A stretch of DNA of 64,000 nucleotides, taken from positions 124,001-188,000 of the IMG/VR virus record IMGVR_UViG_3300042889_001503. The stretch is one strand, 5' to 3'. Positions 51,918 through 60,990 of this stretch are shown here, piece by piece. Numbering within the stretch: the first letter of the stretch is position 1; each line of letters starts with the position of its first letter. A program made the position numbers and the translations under genes. The notes under the pieces are model-generated. The model did no database searches and was not told where the DNA came from. It saw only the letters and a list, made by a program, of their open reading frames with translations.

Positions 51918-53309
51918 ATGAAGATTACAAAAGTATTATCGAACTTAGTTACTGAAGACGCTCGTTTTCAAATTTTATACAAAAAATATGTGTTACCTAG
52001 TGGTGATAGAAAAAAAGGTTTACTACCATTTGAGGTTGTTAAACAAATTGTTTTCGCTGACCCAACAACGAGAGTTCCTGAGAACTACGATAAGGAAGGT
52101 GCGTCTATTGAGGATATGACAAGTGACAAAATTAAAGTTGGTAAATATACCCAATGGTTGTTGAATCTATTTGTTAAACCATACATAACTAGAGAAGGTT
52201 CTAATGAACCAATTGAGGTTGGGACTGATGAGTATAAATCAAAGGCGACTGAATACAGACGACTTTTCTTAGAAGATTTATCTCAATTCACTGAATTATT
52301 AGTGAAATATGATAGATTTAAAGGTAGTTTAGAGGATGCCGCTAAAAAAGACATTAACAATGTTAAATCACTTAATGATTTATCTCACTTGAAAGTTAAA
52401 GTGGGTGATGAAACGGTTGATTTAAATATGTATCGTGGTAAAAAAATTAAGAAAGAAGAAGGTGTTGCTGCTAACACAAACTTTAATATTCCCGGAGCTG
52501 AAATTTTAAAAGTTGGTTCTGAATACACACTAATTAAAATTGCTGACAAAGGTGCTTTAGGTTCTAAAGCGGCATCTTATTTCGGTGGTTATAGTGGAGG
52601 ACTTGATAGAGGTGAAACTAACTGGTGTACGGCAGCAGAAAATTCAAGTTATTCAAACACTTACAGACAACAAGGTCCATTATATATCTTTATTGCTAAT
52701 GATGATAAAGGTAAGGTTGGTCAAGTTACGGGGTTACCATCAGAAAGATATCAATTCCACTTCCCATCTAACCAATTTAAATTTGCTAACCAACACGGTG
52801 GTAACATTCCGGTTGTTGAGTATTTGAATGGTAAATGGTCTGAGTTTAAAGAAATATTCAAACCTGAGTTTGCGGCTGGATTTGTTAAACCAAATTCTGA
52901 TAATGTTGAAATTAAATACCCGGACTCTGCTACAGGTAAGTTCGTGGCTTTATACGGATTTGATGAATTATTTACATCATTACCTATAACAATTAAAAGA
53001 TTGAACATTATTAACACTTCAACAGAAAGTGTTACAATTGATGTTCCTGAGTCAATCAGTAGATTCCAATCATTAACAGCAATATTGTTTGAGAATATGA
53101 TTAGTAAACTTCCAAACTCAATCTGTGAATTAAAGAACTTGGTGTTTATCGCTGTTCCGGGTAACAAAGAATTGAAAACAATTCCGGAATGTATTATGAA
53201 TTTACCAAACCTTACATTTGTGAATGTAAGTAGATGTCCTAATGTTCAAGTGCCAAAAGCGTTAGAACAATACAATACGGGTGAAGGTTTCTACCATATG
53301 GAAGAATAA
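51918..53309 (+). CDS. LRR-containing protein, paralogue 2
   Basis: End-to-end similar to 50485-51882. Confidence 0.75.
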   Translation: MKITKVLSNLVTEDARFQILYKKYVLPSGDRKKGLLPFEVVKQIVFADPTTRVPENYDKEGASIEDMTSDKIKVGKYTQWLLNLFVKPYITREGSNEPIEVGTDEYKSKATEYRRLFLEDLSQFTELLVKYDRFKGSLEDAAKKDINNVKSLNDLSHLKVKVGDETVDLNMYRGKKIKKEEGVAANTNFNIPGAEILKVGSEYTLIKIADKGALGSKAASYFGGYSGGLDRGETNWCTAAENSSYSNTYRQQGPLYIFIANDDKGKVGQVTGLPSERYQFHFPSNQFKFANQHGGNIPVVEYLNGKWSEFKEIFKPEFAAGFVKPNSDNVEIKYPDSATGKFVALYGFDELFTSLPITIKRLNIINTSTESVTIDVPESISRFQSLTAILFENMISKLPNSICELKNLVFIAVPGNKELKTIPECIMNLPNLTFVNVSRCPNVQVPKALEQYNTGEGFYHMEE

Positions 53310-53327
53310 TTTAAAAAAAATACTACT

Positions 53328-53618
53328 ATGAAAAATGTTGACGTTGAAATCTACATTAATCAATTTATAACTTTCTTTAATAACAACCCCAATGACTTAC
53401 TTGAGTTAATTGGGGATGTTTTGAAGGACGACTTCTACGACAGAGTTAAACAACAATCTTTGGATAATGTTAATAACGGTGAGGATGTTTCCTTAACCCA
53501 AAAACAAATTATATCTATTGTTGTGGCTCTTAAACAATCTCAAAATGATGAGGTTGATATGGATAAGATTAAGTCCATAATTTATCACACACAATTCGGA
53601 CATTTTTCCCTTAATTAA
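53328..53618 (+). CDS. Hypothetical protein
   Basis: ORF track. Confidence 0.6.
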   Translation: MKNVDVEIYINQFITFFNNNPNDLLELIGDVLKDDFYDRVKQQSLDNVNNGEDVSLTQKQIISIVVALKQSQNDEVDMDKIKSIIYHTQFGHFSLN

Positions 53619-53650
53619 TTTGTATATTCAAATTTAATATCTTACTTTTG
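53619..53650 (+). promoter_or_regulatory. Bacteroidota-type sigma70 promoter
   Basis: TTTG-20 nt-TACTTTTG upstream of ATG 53669. Confidence 0.75.
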
Positions 53651-53668
53651 TGGTTCAAAATAAACCTG

Positions 53669-55429
53669 ATGAAAGAAGAATTATTTAATTATACCGTAAA
53701 GAAATATCAAGTATCGGAATACTTGGATACCAATCCTATTCGACCTCTTAAAAAAGAGGTTCAGGATGATTTTTGGGGGGTAATTGAAACTACTATGAGT
53801 TCAACTAAAAACTCAAGTTATACGCCTTGGGGTGACTTTACTTTTAAGGAGGATTATGATACAGAAGAAAAATTTGTAGAACATTACGGGAACCCACTTA
53901 CTTCATTATATTTGAATAGGGTGATTATCTGTGTGACTAAAGAGAATGATAAAGTTTCCTTTAAGATATTCAATTACAGTAAAACAAGACGTGTTGCGGG
54001 TAAATGGTTTAAATTAAGAACTAATTGTAGGTTCATTACTTTTAACTATAAAACAAATGCGTTATATACCGGTTCATTAGATAATTACCATTTGAAGAGA
54101 AAATGTCGTAAAAATATTAGAAGAGTCCTTTTTAATAATGACCCTATCAATAATATGAGACGATATTTGAGAGAGTCATTCAACTCAATAGTTGATAAAG
54201 ATAAAGTTGATATCCCAACAATAGTTAATCAGGTTATCTCAACCTTTGTTAACGCCATTCCCGGAACTGAACTATACTCTGATTTACTTCCTGAACAAAG
54301 AATCTATAAAAGATATTTGGACGTTCAAGGAATTAAAGTCCCAAACAATTGGTTTGAGCTTATGAATGTTTATCCCCAACCAAAGAAGAAAGATTTGGTG
54401 AAGTGTGAGTATAAGTATATTGATGCTCTAATGAGGGTTCATAATTTAAAGGGGGATAAAGTTAAAAGGGTATTACATAACGTTAAATCATTTGAGGGTG
54501 TAAATAATTTAACCAATGCTTGTTCAATATTTGGAGATAAGTTTATTTTAAATCAACCGGACGAGTTTGTTCAATTGTTACTGGAGAAGTCTCAACCCGG
54601 ATTTCATAATAATATTGGAAAAGGATTGTTAACCAAAAAAGAATTCTCTAATTTCTTTGAAATATATAAATTATTTCAAAAAGGATTAGTTAATAATAAT
54701 GTGATTGAAGACCACTTTAGATTTTATCGTTTATTGGACGAAATGGAACCGGTTAAATGGACTTCAAGGACTCACGATGAGTTTGTTCAAGAACATTATG
54801 ATTGGTCGGAAAAATATAACCATTACACAAACGGAGATTTCAATAGAATTTACAACCGAGGGTTTGTAGATAAAATAAATGAGGTTATCTTAACCAAAGA
54901 TGGTCCATATTTCCCGGAGGTGTTAACAACATCCAAACGATATAACAACGAGTCGTTCTTCCAAAACAATTGTGTTAAGACATATGTTAAACGTGTGGGT
55001 TCTGTGTTGATATCACTAAGACGTGGTGAGGGAGAAACTGAAGAAAGAGCGTCAATTGAAATTGAAGTAACTCCGCTTGTGTGGCTGGATGAAATGTATT
55101 TTAATTTAAGACGAGTTCAAACCTTGGGAAAACGTAACAGTAGGTTAGATAATAGTTGGGATGATGTTTTGGGTAAATTAGATGATAGAATTGAATATAT
55201 TGTTCGTGAGAAATTGTTTGATACATTACAGATTGATGGTGAATTTGGGGGGAGAAAAGTGTTTTCTGATTATAAAATTGGGGAATATAGTAGAGACAAT
55301 TATGGTACTTTTCCAAATATAACAAAAGGGGTTCAATTAGAATGGGAAAACGATTCAATTATGAAATTAAATTCGTATAATTATAACATTGTTCCCGTCT
55401 TTAATGACCCGGACGCATTAGATTTTTAA
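53669..55429 (+). CDS. PcfJ-like domain protein
   Basis: C-terminal 'HYDW...ESFFQNNCVKTY...RASIEI...QTLGKRN' pattern. Confidence 0.65.
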   Translation: MKEELFNYTVKKYQVSEYLDTNPIRPLKKEVQDDFWGVIETTMSSTKNSSYTPWGDFTFKEDYDTEEKFVEHYGNPLTSLYLNRVIICVTKENDKVSFKIFNYSKTRRVAGKWFKLRTNCRFITFNYKTNALYTGSLDNYHLKRKCRKNIRRVLFNNDPINNMRRYLRESFNSIVDKDKVDIPTIVNQVISTFVNAIPGTELYSDLLPEQRIYKRYLDVQGIKVPNNWFELMNVYPQPKKKDLVKCEYKYIDALMRVHNLKGDKVKRVLHNVKSFEGVNNLTNACSIFGDKFILNQPDEFVQLLLEKSQPGFHNNIGKGLLTKKEFSNFFEIYKLFQKGLVNNNVIEDHFRFYRLLDEMEPVKWTSRTHDEFVQEHYDWSEKYNHYTNGDFNRIYNRGFVDKINEVILTKDGPYFPEVLTTSKRYNNESFFQNNCVKTYVKRVGSVLISLRRGEGETEERASIEIEVTPLVWLDEMYFNLRRVQTLGKRNSRLDNSWDDVLGKLDDRIEYIVREKLFDTLQIDGEFGGRKVFSDYKIGEYSRDNYGTFPNITKGVQLEWENDSIMKLNSYNYNIVPVFNDPDALDF

Positions 55430-55430
55430 A

Positions 55431-55754
55431 ATGAAAGAAATACCTCAAAATTGTATAGATACGTTTAAATCTAGGTTCTTAACACAACCAAGTATTATTG
55501 AAGTGTATCCAAACCTGTCTAATGAAGACACGGACAAATTATTAAATAAATCACTTTTATTATGGTTTGATTATTTTGTAAATAACGAACACGACATAGT
55601 TTATAAAGATAGATTATACGAATATGATGCTACGGGAATTTTAATTTTACGGAAGTCACAAACTAAGATATTTATTTTAACAAGAGTGGATAAACAAAAC
55701 GTAGTAGAGTATTTGTTACTACAACTAAAACGATTAACAACAAAAAAAGATTAA
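55431..55754 (+). CDS. Hypothetical protein
   Basis: ORF in operon. Confidence 0.6.
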   Translation: MKEIPQNCIDTFKSRFLTQPSIIEVYPNLSNEDTDKLLNKSLLLWFDYFVNNEHDIVYKDRLYEYDATGILILRKSQTKIFILTRVDKQNVVEYLLLQLKRLTTKKD

Positions 55755-55756
55755 GA

Positions 55757-56080
55757 ATGGAAATTACACAAGAATTATTACAGGAAAAAATTAACAATGG
55801 TGAAAAATTAGTGGTTGACTTTTGGGCTCCGTGGTGTGGACCTTGTAAAGTTATGAAACCCGCATTTGAAAAAGTTTCCGAACATTACAGAAATGAAAAT
55901 TCGGAAGTTCAGTTATTCACATTGAATGTTGAGGAAAACAAAGAATTTGCGGCTAAATTAGGTATTAGAGCAATCCCAACAGTTAAAACATTTTCTGAAG
56001 GTAAAGAAGTTTATTCTCAACCGGGAATGCAAATGGAAGGACAAATTAAACAATTGGTGACTAACCTAATCAATGGATAA
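55757..56080 (+). CDS. trxA: Thioredoxin
   Basis: VDFWAPWCGPCK, GIRAIPT. Confidence 0.92.
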   Translation: MEITQELLQEKINNGEKLVVDFWAPWCGPCKVMKPAFEKVSEHYRNENSEVQLFTLNVEENKEFAAKLGIRAIPTVKTFSEGKEVYSQPGMQMEGQIKQLVTNLING

Positions 56081-56360
56081 GTTACTAATTCTTTTCACAA
56101 TGGAAGGTTGTCCTTATTGTGATATGATGAAGGAACAACTAACGAAATCAAATATCCCATTTGAGGTTAGAGATATCGATGAACACAATGATGAATATGA
56201 GATGTTTGTTGAGATTACGGAAAATGAATTTGTTCCCGCATTTATGATTGTTGAATCACCTCTAACAGATAACCACAAGAGTTATCTGTTTGCTCCGGAA
56301 AGAGATTACAACGAGATTGAAGAAGGTGTTGCAATCATTAAAGAACATTTTGGAAAATAA
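56073..56360 (+). CDS. Glutaredoxin-like protein
   Basis: GCPYC, FVPAF cis-Pro loop. Confidence 0.85.
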   Translation: MDKLLILFTMEGCPYCDMMKEQLTKSNIPFEVRDIDEHNDEYEMFVEITENEFVPAFMIVESPLTDNHKSYLFAPERDYNEIEEGVAIIKEHFGK

Positions 56361-56389
56361 AGAATCCCCTTGATTGGGGGTTTTTTATT
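56358..56389 (+). terminator. Intrinsic terminator
   Basis: AATCCCC-ttgatt-GGGGGTT-TTTT. Confidence 0.8.
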
Positions 56390-56396
56390 TATGGGA

Positions 56397-56404
56397 TATT
56401 TATT
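56397..56404 (+). promoter_or_regulatory. TATTTATT motif
   Basis: 3 nt upstream of the ATG at 56408. Confidence 0.55.
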
Positions 56405-56407
56405 ATT

Positions 56408-56839
56408 ATGAAAATAGTAATTAAAGAATCTCAGTATAACTTTTTGGTTGAACAAACTACACCATCAACAACACCGGTTCCATTAAGTAGAGAAGAACAA
56501 ATTAAGTTAAATAAAGAAAAACTTGAACTTAAAAAGAAAGCTGCTGAGGAATTAAAACTTAAAACCATTCAAAAAAAGGATTCAATTGCAAAGGCTTGGG
56601 ATGAAAAAAGAGCTCCTGAATTAAAGAAAGCTGAAGAATTACATAAAAAATATCTTGATGCTTGGTTAGCTGCTAATCCGGGTAAAACGGAAAAAGATTA
56701 TAGTAAGTATTTGGAGAAACAAAAAAAATTACCTGATTCACCATCCTATGAAACTCAAGACCCATCATTCAAATCAACAAAATGTGGTGTTTCAAAAGCG
56801 GCGGCAAAACAATCTAAAAGTGATTGGTCTAAAAAATAA
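56408..56839 (+). CDS. Lys-rich protein with IKESQ..LVEQ leader
   Basis: MKIVIKESQYNFLVEQ; self-contained between terminators. Confidence 0.65.
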   Translation: MKIVIKESQYNFLVEQTTPSTTPVPLSREEQIKLNKEKLELKKKAAEELKLKTIQKKDSIAKAWDEKRAPELKKAEELHKKYLDAWLAANPGKTEKDYSKYLEKQKKLPDSPSYETQDPSFKSTKCGVSKAAAKQSKSDWSKK

Positions 56840-56866
56840 AAAATCCCCAAGTTAGGGGATTTTATT
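56838..56866. terminator. Bidirectional intrinsic terminator
   Basis: AAAATCCCC-aagtta-GGGGATTTT between converging genes. Confidence 0.85.
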
Positions 56867-56867
56867 T

Positions 56868-57686
56868 TTAAAATAATATTAGGTCTTTAATTTTATCTCT
56901 AATTAACCAAGGTTTATTATCAAATGGTTTTGTTATGTCTTCCATAATATCATAATCTTTTATCATATCATTGAATACCAACATATCAAAATCAAACACG
57001 TCCAATGTCATTGAGATAATATCTTTTTTAGGAAACACCGTGTTAGCATTAATGTCTATTTGATTATCGTCGTCCACTTTAATGGACGAATATTTGAAAG
57101 TTAACTTATCTGTTAACAGAACATCTAATAACTGATTAGAGATGTATTCTGAGTAGTATAACTCTTGTCTTCCCATACCTAAACTATATCCGTGTGGAAA
57201 CTCTGATGAGATATTCAACGGAGCATAAGTATAATATTCCAAATTGGTAGTGTCGTCTTCAGAATAATCTAATTCATATTCCAATCTTCTATTATAAAAA
57301 ACTGAATTAAATTTAGGTTGAGGATTTTCAACAATATCTAAAATAAGATTACGGTGATATAACGGTCTTGATGAATGATAAAAATCAAACGTGTATTCTG
57401 TTTTTTTAGTTAAGTCTCGATTATACATAATTAAATCAATAATGTTAACCGTCTCATAACCAAATTTAGTCATTAAAGATTTATAGGTTTCAACAAATGA
57501 CTCTCTTACTTTAATTATATCTAAAATTTTATCTGATGTTGTCATACCGTTAACAACAAAGAATTTACCACAATCAGTAACTTCAATTACGGAGTCATAA
57601 TTAATTGTTTTATTTATCTCTTTTATTAAAAAGTCTGCGAATAGGTTTACTATACCCCGGTTTGAATTTTCATTAATATATTTCAT
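56868..57686 (-). CDS. Degenerate S-adenosylmethionine synthetase (MetK)-like protein
   Basis: By-eye colinearity with the MetK N-terminal and C-terminal domains; catalytic motifs lost (see findings). Confidence 0.6.
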   Translation of the reverse strand: MKYINENSNRGIVNLFADFLIKEINKTINYDSVIEVTDCGKFFVVNGMTTSDKILDIIKVRESFVETYKSLMTKFGYETVNIIDLIMYNRDLTKKTEYTFDFYHSSRPLYHRNLILDIVENPQPKFNSVFYNRRLEYELDYSEDDTTNLEYYTYAPLNISSEFPHGYSLGMGRQELYYSEYISNQLLDVLLTDKLTFKYSSIKVDDDNQIDINANTVFPKKDIISMTLDVFDFDMLVFNDMIKDYDIMEDITKPFDNKPWLIRDKIKDLILF

Positions 57687-57734
57687 ATTTTTAAGTTATA
57701 CGAAATGATATAGAAATTAATTCTAATTATAAAT

Positions 57735-57760
57735 AAAAAAAGGGAACTAAATTGTCCCCT
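57735..57760 (-). terminator. Intrinsic terminator for the 57940 gene
   Basis: Minus strand AGGGGAC-aatttag-TTCCCT-TTTTTT (imperfect stem). Confidence 0.6.
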
Positions 57761-57790
57761 GTAATTTTTTTCACCCCTAACGTTTAGTTA

Positions 57791-57940
57791 CTACCTCTTG
57801 TAATATTTCTCAACAACTTTACGAATTGATTCTTGGATAGGTTGAGTCTGTGGTTGACTTTGACCCGCAGGAGTATTCGTTTGTTGAGCTGGTGGTGGTG
57901 GAGGAGTTTGATTTCCTTGGTTTTTACATCCGCATCCCAT
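57791..57940 (-). CDS. Small MGCGCK protein (49 aa)
   Basis: ATG 57940 in the 57991 ORF; P/Q-rich linker; TATTTATG at 57970-57977 upstream. Confidence 0.6.
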   Translation of the reverse strand: MGCGCKNQGNQTPPPPPAQQTNTPAGQSQPQTQPIQESIRKVVEKYYKR

Positions 57941-58022
57941 GATAATATATGTATTAAAGTTTATATATCCATAAATATCAATAATAATCATAATAAGTAA
58001 ATAAATTTTGTATCTTCGTGGA

Positions 58023-58030
58023 TATTTATT
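58023..58030 (+). promoter_or_regulatory. TATTTATT motif
   Basis: 3 nt upstream of the ATG at 58034. Confidence 0.55.
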
Positions 58031-58033
58031 ACT

Positions 58034-59401
58034 ATGGGTAGAAAATTAAGACTTACAGAATCCGAATTATATAAAGTAATCAAAAAAATAGTTGAGCAAA
58101 CTGAGGACGAATATTATAGAATATCTCCTGAGGATTACTTGGATATGATGCAATATGCCAGTTATAATGGTAATGTGTTTAGAAAAATGAAAAAATATGG
58201 TGGAAAACCATTATATATTACAGGTGATTTAGATTTAAGCGGTTTACCGGTTAAAGACATTGGACCAATAGGTTATGTTGACGGTAGATTTGATATTAGC
58301 AGAACTAAAGTATCCGATATTGGTAATTTAAGAAGTAAGTCACATATTTGGGATTCGGGGTCTCCTCGAGAAAGAATTAGAGAAAAACAAGAACTTTTGG
58401 GTAAACAAGCTGAGATGGACTCCAAACGAGAAGATGATGAATGGAATTTTCAAAATCACGATGAAGAGGGATTAAAGGCTATGGCTTTATTAGAATATCT
58501 TGAGGGTCAAGGTAAAGTTAAAGTATTGGATAATGATGAGAAAGAAGAGTTAAAAGAATTGACTCAACAATTGGAAGAACTTAATGCCGATTATGATGAT
58601 GAAGATAGAGACGGTGACCCGGATGAGAATGTGGAAATATTAAATAAAATTGAAGAAGTTCAAGAAAGAATTGATGATTTAACTGGTGACGTTGGTGACA
58701 TCTATGATATGTATCCAACAAATTATACTCATTATGGTTTGACTCAATTTGAAGTTTTGGTGGATGGTTTTAAAGGTGAAGAATATACTGTTGGAACTGA
58801 GGAAGAAATGGATAGAGCGGCTTTAGAGTATTCTAAAAATTATATTGATGATGTTGGAGCTGATGGGTTTAGTAAAAGTTTTATTGAGGATTATTTGGAT
58901 GAAGATGCAATTGTTGACTTTGCAAGAGAAGATTATGAATATCAAGTAAGAGATAGTCCGGAAAGTTATTTTAATGATGATGATTTTGAATTGACTTCAG
59001 AACAAGAAGAAAGAATAGAACAGATTGAATCTCAAATTGAGGATTTGGAACAACAAAAACTTGAATTAGATTCAGATGATGAAAATTATTATGACTACGA
59101 AGAGGATTTAGATAATCAGATTGAATCTCTTCAAGAAGAGTTAGACAATATTGAGGTTGATACTGACCCAACTGAGGATATGATTGATAATAAAGTTGAA
59201 GAATTAGTTAGGTGGGTTAAACGAGACCCTATGCAATATCTTAATGATTACGGTATGGACGTTAAAGAATATATTGATGGAGATGCTTTAGCTCAAGGGT
59301 TAGTTGATTCTGATGGGTGGGGTATTATGAACAGTTATGACGGTACTTATGACAGTATTGATATAGGTGGTGAGTCTTATTACGTAATGAGAGTTAACTA
59401 A
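58034..59401 (+). CDS. Highly acidic protein with LTESEL leader, short LRR-like segment and acidic coiled coils
   Basis: MGRKLRLTESELYKVIKKIVEQ; GDLDLSG..VDGRFDISRT; D/E-rich C-terminal two-thirds. Confidence 0.7.
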   Translation: MGRKLRLTESELYKVIKKIVEQTEDEYYRISPEDYLDMMQYASYNGNVFRKMKKYGGKPLYITGDLDLSGLPVKDIGPIGYVDGRFDISRTKVSDIGNLRSKSHIWDSGSPRERIREKQELLGKQAEMDSKREDDEWNFQNHDEEGLKAMALLEYLEGQGKVKVLDNDEKEELKELTQQLEELNADYDDEDRDGDPDENVEILNKIEEVQERIDDLTGDVGDIYDMYPTNYTHYGLTQFEVLVDGFKGEEYTVGTEEEMDRAALEYSKNYIDDVGADGFSKSFIEDYLDEDAIVDFAREDYEYQVRDSPESYFNDDDFELTSEQEERIEQIESQIEDLEQQKLELDSDDENYYDYEEDLDNQIESLQEELDNIEVDTDPTEDMIDNKVEELVRWVKRDPMQYLNDYGMDVKEYIDGDALAQGLVDSDGWGIMNSYDGTYDSIDIGGESYYVMRVN

Positions 59402-59429
59402 AACTATTCCTTTTTCCAATCTTTTCCTG

Positions 59430-59437
59430 TATATTTG
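59430..59437 (+). promoter_or_regulatory. Possible -7 element TATATTTG (no clear -33)
   Basis: 12 nt upstream of ATG 59450. Confidence 0.45.
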
Positions 59438-59449
59438 AAATAATAGAAT

Positions 59450-60217
59450 ATGGAAATGAGACAGAAAAATAAGAATAAATTTATAATGGACACGGATTGG
59501 TTGTTTGACGGTATTTTAGATGCTGAACAAAAACAATACGTGTTATTAGATTACTTTCAAAAGATGAACAAACATCTTGAGAGAATGGAGGTCTACCCAA
59601 TGTTTATTGAGCTTTCATTACATTTAGGTAATATACAAACTTTACTAACCCAAAACAAAATCTTATATGTTGATAAAAAATTAACATCTACTGATGATGA
59701 ATTGGTATTAAACGATTTAAAGGTTAGGGACATCCCGGTACTTGACGATGAAGAAGTAATTGAATATCAAAAAATATTAAAAAATAGTCAACCACAATTA
59801 CACGACTATTTCAACTTTGCAAAATCAATATGGAGTATTGTTTATGATTCCATAGATATTGTTGTAAAGAAAAATAAAAACAATCTACAAAGTAAATCAG
59901 GTTTTTTTTCATATAAGACACCGGAAATTTTATATGTTTGGCAATATACTACAAGAAAAGTCTATAAAACTAAAAACCAAACAAAAACATCTTTAAAATT
60001 AATTTTTAAAGGTCAACAAGATGATTTGACTATCCCGGAAATTATCTCTACTTTTTCAAAAACATACGAGAAAAACAATGAAGTTGGTTATCCAATCTTT
60101 GAGGTGTTTTGTAGTGATATATTTCCATTAGAGCAGACTTTAGTTCCAATCTTTAAAAGAAAAATATTATCGTATGTCAATCAAAACGTTATTATAACAA
60201 GAAAATTAATATCATAA
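59450..60217 (+). CDS. Hypothetical protein
   Basis: 255 aa ORF. Confidence 0.65.
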   Translation: MEMRQKNKNKFIMDTDWLFDGILDAEQKQYVLLDYFQKMNKHLERMEVYPMFIELSLHLGNIQTLLTQNKILYVDKKLTSTDDELVLNDLKVRDIPVLDDEEVIEYQKILKNSQPQLHDYFNFAKSIWSIVYDSIDIVVKKNKNNLQSKSGFFSYKTPEILYVWQYTTRKVYKTKNQTKTSLKLIFKGQQDDLTIPEIISTFSKTYEKNNEVGYPIFEVFCSDIFPLEQTLVPIFKRKILSYVNQNVIITRKLIS

Positions 60218-60399
60218 TGGACAAGAAACAAATTAAAAATTTGATGGATAAGTTAAGACAACCAATCCATATTAGTTACATCTCAAAATACATTCTTAAA
60301 CAGAGTATTGATGAGTCACAAAAACAATTAGATGTATTAATCTCAGAAGGATATATTCAGAAAAGTTCACTAAGTGATGGTTACTATGTGGCTATCTAA
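60217..60399 (+). CDS. Small protein, possible winged helix
   Basis: PIHISYIS..L......LDVLISEGYI...GYYV pattern. Confidence 0.5.
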   Translation: MDKKQIKNLMDKLRQPIHISYISKYILKQSIDESQKQLDVLISEGYIQKSSLSDGYYVAI

Positions 60400-60607
60400 A
60401 AAAACTTATCACATTGGTATTGGGTGTAGTCAAACGGTAATTAGAATATTTAAACAATCAATATTGTTTAGTAAATCACCATCAGGTTGGTCACTTAGGA
60501 TTAATGATGGGGTTGGTATTAATGTTACCACAAAACCACTCTTTTCGGTTAGAAATGGGTATAAAAAATCCATTAAATTGGGTAGATATTATTTAGTAAA
60601 ATTATGA
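60374..60607 (+). CDS. Small hypothetical protein
   Basis: Operon packing; start may be 60386. Confidence 0.5.
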   Translation: MMVTMWLSKKTYHIGIGCSQTVIRIFKQSILFSKSPSGWSLRINDGVGINVTTKPLFSVRNGYKKSIKLGRYYLVKL

Positions 60608-60990
60608 ACGAATTATTTAAATCAATTGAACCTCTGTTTAAAAATAGGTTCACTATAAATGTTAATGAGGATGTTAACATTCCGGAATATCTGTTCCGTA
60701 AATTCCATATTGAAAATATTGGTGAGGATTTTATTTTTACAACAGAAATTTATCAAACCGTGGAATACACATTTAACCCATCTGATTTGACAAAAATTAC
60801 GGATATCATTCTTAAATTTTTAGGTCCGGTTGGTGATTTAGTTGGAGGGTTACATATGTTAGTTAAAGGTTCCAATATGGAAATCGAGGGTGATTATGGT
60901 GATGGTGAATTATTAATTGTTAAATTTAGATTTGTTGTTAAACCGGTAGATATTAACCTATTATGTCAAGATATTAAGAAAGATGAATAA
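60604..60990 (+). CDS. Hypothetical protein, possibly a shortened tail-tube (gp19-like) paralogue
   Basis: EP..NRF, IPEY, DIILKFLGPVG..V, DYG...L pattern. Confidence 0.45.
   Translation: MNELFKSIEPLFKNRFTINVNEDVNIPEYLFRKFHIENIGEDFIFTTEIYQTVEYTFNPSDLTKITDIILKFLGPVGDLVGGLHMLVKGSNMEIEGDYGDGELLIVKFRFVVKPVDINLLCQDIKKDE

Noticed and set aside
50485-53309. Diversity-generating retroelement or invertible cassette
   Set aside because: Paralogues differ at all base types along their length, and there is no reverse transcriptase, invertase or inverted repeat in the window.
48277-56360. Cellular or eukaryotic-virus origin (dnaJ, trx, LRR)
   Set aside because: Context is phage baseplate, primase, gp46/47-like and DUF3310 genes with bacterial promoters and terminators; there are no housekeeping operons.
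57728-57735. TATTTATA upstream of the MetK-like gene; also TATTTACT at 46406 and TATTTATT abutting the ATG at 48238
   Set aside because: Distance to start (41, about 60 and 0 nt) or sequence falls outside the main pattern and could be chance in AT-rich DNA, so these are not counted as regulon members.
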